Assembly (NCBI RefSeq): GCF_006345805.1
Contig: NW_021826008.1
Span: 1 to 13,863 of the forward strand
DNA length: 13,863 nt
Reading direction: 5' to 3'
Source of the DNA: Octopus sinensis
Taxonomy: Eukaryota
The stretch's first letter is position 1; every line of letters starts with the position of its first letter. This document shows positions 9,400-13,863 of the stretch, one piece after another. Under the pieces are notes generated by a model. It worked only from the letters and a program-made list of their open reading frames with translations, did not search any database and was not told where the DNA came from. The translations under genes were made by a program, and so were the position numbers.

Positions 9400-9760
9400 A
9401 ACTCGCGGATTTACGCCAAAGGCCACCTTGAGCGCTAATCACCTCGTTTTTTCCAGTAGTTTAATAATTCTTGCCTTAAAAGGGGACAAGATTTACCCTT
9501 CCAGCCTATACATCAGCACAGGAAGAATAGCTACTCGGAAAATGAATAGCACCGTCTCAGGGGGTAGGCGAAATTTAATAAGGCACATGATCATATGTGT
9601 GCACCGTTTTTCGTTACATTTTTCATTTTCAGGAAATTGGACTCCCAGGTATAAAAACGATTGGATCTTCCGAATATAGTCAATCGTGTATGGTAAGGTT
9701 TTTGCACTTCTTCCTGCTGATAATCGAGTGAGGGTGCACTTCTCAATTGACAGTCAAGTT
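9400..9760 (-). mobile_element. LINE ORF2 fragment, RT domains 6-7 plus thumb (missed by the ORF track)
   Basis: Minus-strand translation LTVN/EKCTL...IQSFLYLGVQF...RLPPETVLFIFRVAILPVLMYRLEG*...TR*LALKVAFGV. Confidence 0.75.
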
Positions 9761-10313
9761 ATTTACTCTAAATAGATTTTTATTGCGATATGAATTAAGA
9801 TATTGGTAATTTGTTGTATTTTATGCAGAAAAAGTTTCACTAAAACCATGCTGCAATGCGTAACAATAATTTTTTTATTAGAAATAATATTATCCATTAA
9901 CTTAAAATAATTCGATCGTCATTTATTTTATAAAAAGTACATTTTTATTTTAATACAAAGTAGTCGGTCCATTCAACTGCGTGGTTCATTTAATAGACGG
10001 TGAAATTAAATGTTATTTATTCTAATTTTTAAATGTTCTTGATTTATTGAATAAAATACAATAAATTAATTACATCAAGTCCACGTTATATTATTTTCTT
10101 GTGTTGTGTGCTTATGCTGTTAATTTTTTTAATTTTACTTTGCTATCATGTTTTATTTTAAAATTTTTCGTTTTTTTATTTGTTTGAAGATTAATTAAAC
10201 TGATTACTGGTAAAATATCTTTATAAAGTTTATTTTGCAAGTGTATTTATATTCATTTTTTCAATTATTTAATCTTCATTCATTTAGATTTTAAATTATT
10301 ATTATTTTTGGTA

Positions 10314-10768
10314 CATTCCTCCGACCCTGACGGGAAGTTTTGCTTGAGTTCAACCGATTTTGTCAAAGGAAATGTTCAGAACTGCTTCCGTGCAGGATTT
10401 CAATGATTTTTCCAAGGAAGACAGAATGTCTGAATGCGAGTATAGCAGGCACGGGAGCGTGTACAGAAGTTTCGGCATATGTATACTGCTTTTCATGAGG
10501 AAAAAAGCGATGTGCGAGTCTATCTCTAAGAGTCTGCTTGTGAGGTTACAGAATTACATGTCTTTCTTCGCCAGATGGGCCTTTAGGCCAGATGGGCTTA
10601 GAGGGCATCCAAGAAAGGTTGCTTCTAATGGCTGGGTTATTTGTGCACCAGTGATGAAACCTTGGATTATCATATTGACATTCGGAAAATCCGCCTCAAG
10701 GTAGTTGAGGTTTAGGAGTTCCGATTTATCCACGTTAACTTCTAGGCCAAGGTTGCGCAAAGCAGGGA
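10314..10768 (-). mobile_element. CRE-clade non-LTR retrotransposon, RT domains 6-7 and downstream region
   Basis: PALRNLGLEVNVDKSELL...FLGCPL...DSHIAFFLMK...PKLLYTL...G*TQAKLPVRVGG, with two in-frame stops. Confidence 0.85.
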
Positions 10769-11099
10769 ACCGAATAATGGAGGTATGGGTCGAGAGGGCT
10801 TCGGAGATTTCCCAGCCTGTCTTCCTCACGTACGGGAAAGAAACTTCACTTATCTTTGGGGATAAAGTCATCCGTACCCGAACAGGAGTCCAACAAGGCG
10901 ACCCTCTTGGACCATTACAGAATCAACACCAATATTCATGTGGAAAGAAAAATATATTCCTGAGAATAAATTTATATTCGCCTTAGCAATCGACGAGGCT
11001 GTACGATCAATCCTCTCACCATTCAATTTATGGTGCCTGGACGACGCGACCATTGGCGGCTCTGTGGAATCCATCACCGAGGACCTAGCCCGCCTAATC
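10769..11099 (+). mobile_element. CRE-clade RT domains 3-5, inverted relative to the adjacent piece
   Basis: LTYGKETSLIFGDKVIRTRTGVQQGDPLGPL, then an insert at ~10918-10973, then IFALAID...SPFNLWCLDDATIGG...EDLARLI. The YLDD catalytic motif reads CLDD here. Confidence 0.88.
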
Positions 11100-11270
11100 T
11101 CTTCACAAAATTATATGGAAAATCATGCATTTTGCCTTTATTTCATTATTTGAGGCAATGAATTTTCTATTTCGCGAACTACGCTTTTTATTCATTCTTT
11201 TAAAATAAGATGAATTCCTGTTTGCAAGACTAAAATTAAAGATTTTTTTATTCGTTTTTAAAAATAAATG

Positions 11271-11293
11271 CAGTCAAACCCCGTTTACTCGCC
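11271..11293 (+). mobile_element. Solo degenerate Tc1/pogo-like terminus
   Basis: CAGTCAAACCCCGTTTACTCGCC resembles pogo/mariner MITE ends. It is preceded by TG rather than TA, and no partner end was found. Confidence 0.25.
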
Positions 11294-12096
11294 AAATTTA
11301 GTAGGTAAATAAAACTCTATCTTTAAGTGTGAAATTTTTGTATGATTCATGAATGCCATATTCGCATTCAATTTTCTGAAGAACTTCATTAAATTTGAAT
11401 TCATCGAATTTAGTTATAAAGGAACGCATTATTATTTTATCCATAGACTGCAATATTGTTGAGGTGTTGACTGGGAGAAAAAAAATTCAATAAATTTTAA
11501 TTTGAATAATTTTTTTCAGAAGTTAATACATCATTGAGAACAAACAGCACCATATGAACATTTATGTTTAGAACACAAATGAAGACACAGTTCTCTGCTA
11601 AATAGTAGAACAAATAATGTCACTAAATGAGACTAAATATGAAACAAAGGACAATGAATAAAAAACGCAATTAGTTATTCTGATAATATGAGGGACCCCA
11701 ATCATATTTGCGGTAGTATTGAGTCGGATACATGAAATAATGAACAGAAGTATATAAACGTTTCGGATACTTTATTACCGTTGGATGTGACAATGATTGC
11801 ATTTGTGTCTTCTTATATTAGTTTGATGGCTAATCGTTTGTTTTGTGTGAGCAATTCCACTATTTTGTGAGGAACATGAAATGGTATCCAATAATTTTCT
11901 CTTCTTCAGTGTGTGTTATGTGCTTGAAATACATTTAAAGTAATACAATGAAAATTTGTTTATTTTACTAGTTAGGAAGACAGGAAAAACTAGCCTAAAA
12001 ATTAAGATATCAACAATATTCTTTTTATCAACAATATTCAATTATGTTGGTTAGCTAATAAATAATTATTTGACAGCAAAAACTTTATAGATCATC

Positions 12097-12137
12097 ATAT
12101 TTTTTCGATTTTAACGTGCAGTCGAATATAACACGCA
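12097..12137 (+). mobile_element. Degenerate pogo/Tc2-like terminus with tandem binding-site motif
   Basis: CATATTTTTTCGATTTTAACGTGCA-GTCGAATATAACACGCA contains two copies of TCGAwTwTAACryGCA, like CCGTATTT-type ends. No partner end was found. Confidence 0.3.
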
Positions 12138-12549
12138 GGCAACTTTAGGGCCAAAATATCTGGAAAAATGAAGTAATCAAATATAGTAAGCATCTAAAAT
12201 TTTGCGCTGACAAAAATCAGAAATTTCACTTTGATGACTTTTTTGAACGTTGCGGTATAACTTACTCGCCATGTTGCTTGTACAATGTCTAAAACTGAAC
12301 TGAGGGAGAGTGAACTGAGACGAGTACAAGGCTAAAGAGGAAACAGTGGTTGTTCGGCTTCCCGATCGGTTTTACGAAATAAAGTAAAATCGAGAATTTA
12401 TAATCGTACCAGCAAAAATTGGTAATTTATTTTAGTTATTGATTATTTACAAAAATAATTAGTAAAAAATTAATTATAAAATGCACCCCATTTATTGGAA
12501 TTAATTATATAACAAAAAAAGACAACTATCATGAGGAAAAAAAATTATA

Positions 12550-13793
12550 CAGTCCCGTCCAAATGTTAGAGGCACCCTATTTTTTCCCTAAAAAGGCACT
12601 TATTTATTATTTTTCGAAAGATTTCAAAGAATAATTTAAGTTTTTAAAGGAAATTAAACATTTCCAAAGTTTTTATAAATATTCGACCGATAGTATTCTC
12701 AAACTTGAAAACAAAAAATAATTGGTCGCTCATATGTTAGAGGCACCTATGTAAAAAGCAATAATTCTATAATTTATTATTATTAATTCTAATAAAAAAT
12801 TCAAATGCCTCGTGTATCAGTTTATAACAGGTTTCTCGTCATCGAAAAATTAAAATTTGGCGAATCTTAGGTGAAAATATCCAAAGATTTGGGAATCGGA
12901 CGCATTGCAGTGAAAAAACCAAAATTGACTGCATCTCAGGTTGAAAAAGGTATACATGGTGTCTTACTAAAATTCCGTGGAATCAAGACGACTGGAATTT
13001 AGTGATATTTTCTGATGAATGCCGGATTCAGTTAAATCAAATGTCTAGGCAATACATAAGAAGACCCCCTGGATCAAAATTACAGAAAGAATATTCAATT
13101 TAAACTGTGAAATTCCCTTTATCAATTACGATATGGGGAGCAATTAAAAGCAATGGGCAAAGATCAATTGTCCTTTGCCGAAAAACAGTTGACTCCGCCG
13201 AATATCAACGCGTTATAAAAGAAGGATTTGAAAATTTTTATGAAGAAAATTATTTTCTTCAACAAGATGGAGCAACATGTCATACATCAAAATCCACTAG
13301 AGCGTTTATGGCCGAAAACAACATAAAACTCATGGAAAAATGGCCAAGTCAATCTCCTGACTTAAATATAATTGAAAATCTATGGGCAATTTTAAAAAAG
13401 AAGTTAAAAATTGTGGAGCATCAACGATTCAAAAATTATGGAATGAAACAAAGAAGGCCTGGGAAAACATTGATACAGGTGTGGTTATTAAGCTTTTTGA
13501 GTCAATTCCAAGAAGAATATCTTCGGTAGTCATAAATAATGGAGGAATGACTAAATATTAAATTTTTGGATAATTTTGTCTTTCGTTATTGAAATGTGCC
13601 TCTAACATATGAACGATGTATTATTTTGAGTTTCTTAGTAAATACACATTATAAACTAAATGTGCTCAAAAATTTTAGGTTAAGATTTTTTATTCAATAG
13701 TTTGTTATTAACAAAAAACTTTTTTCAAAAAATGACAAATAAGTGCCTTTTTTAGGAAAAAAATAGGGTGCCTCTAACATTTGTACGGGACTG
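12550..13793 (+). mobile_element. Tc1-like transposon with IR/DR ends, 1244 bp, internally deleted
   Basis: TA at 12548-12549 and 13794-13795. ~56-bp TIRs CAGTCCCGT(C/A)CAAATGTTAGAGGCACCCTATTTTTT...GGCACTTATTT. Core ATGTTAGAGGCAC at 12563-12575 and 12734-12746, and inverted at 13596-13608 and 13768-13780. Confidence 0.97.
12805..13561 (+). pseudogene. Tc1-family DD35E transposase pseudogene
   Basis: MPRVS...HTH start, KKP, WNLVIFSDE, IWGAI, FLQQDGATCH, WPSQSPDLNIIENLW and terminal GGMTKY*. Stops at 12868 and 13101, frameshifts at ~12948 and ~13399, and a deletion at ~12900. Confidence 0.95.
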
Positions 13794-13863
13794 TATAACA
13801 AAAGTCTGTATGTTATAATCAACACTATTTATTAAAAGAAACAAAATTTAACTTAAGCTAGCT

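Noticed and set aside
10360-10704. 114-aa plus-strand ORF
   Set aside because: Antisense shadow of the minus-strand CRE fragment.
12868-13561. Alternative genetic code (TAA/TAG = Gln) suggested by stops at plausible Gln positions
   Set aside because: The Tc1 and pogo transposases both end at TAA at their expected C-termini, and TGA also interrupts frames at Arg and Trp positions. Ordinary point-mutation decay explains the stops.

Overview
AT-rich eukaryotic DNA made up almost entirely of nested, decayed mobile elements, with at most one small host gene. The main discovery is an unannotated endogenous viral element at ~7205-8426 (+). It consists of three collinear, frameshifted pieces of a rhabdovirus-like (Mononegavirales) L polymerase gene: the start of the capping domain, the GxxT PRNTase motif and the connector domain. 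Around it are: a pogo-type DD30D transposase with a 26-nt GT-AG intron and a C-terminal PIP box; a hAT (Charlie/Buster) remnant; three diverged fragments of one LINE family; a CRE-clade retrotransposon with a 5'-inversion (twin-priming-like) structure; a complete-ended IR/DR Tc1-like element with DD35E spacing and TA target duplications; and a ~93-bp tandem array behind a Helitron-like 5' end. Family assignments come from motifs recognised by eye, not from database searches. Most ORFs in the supplied track are shadows or fragments of these elements.
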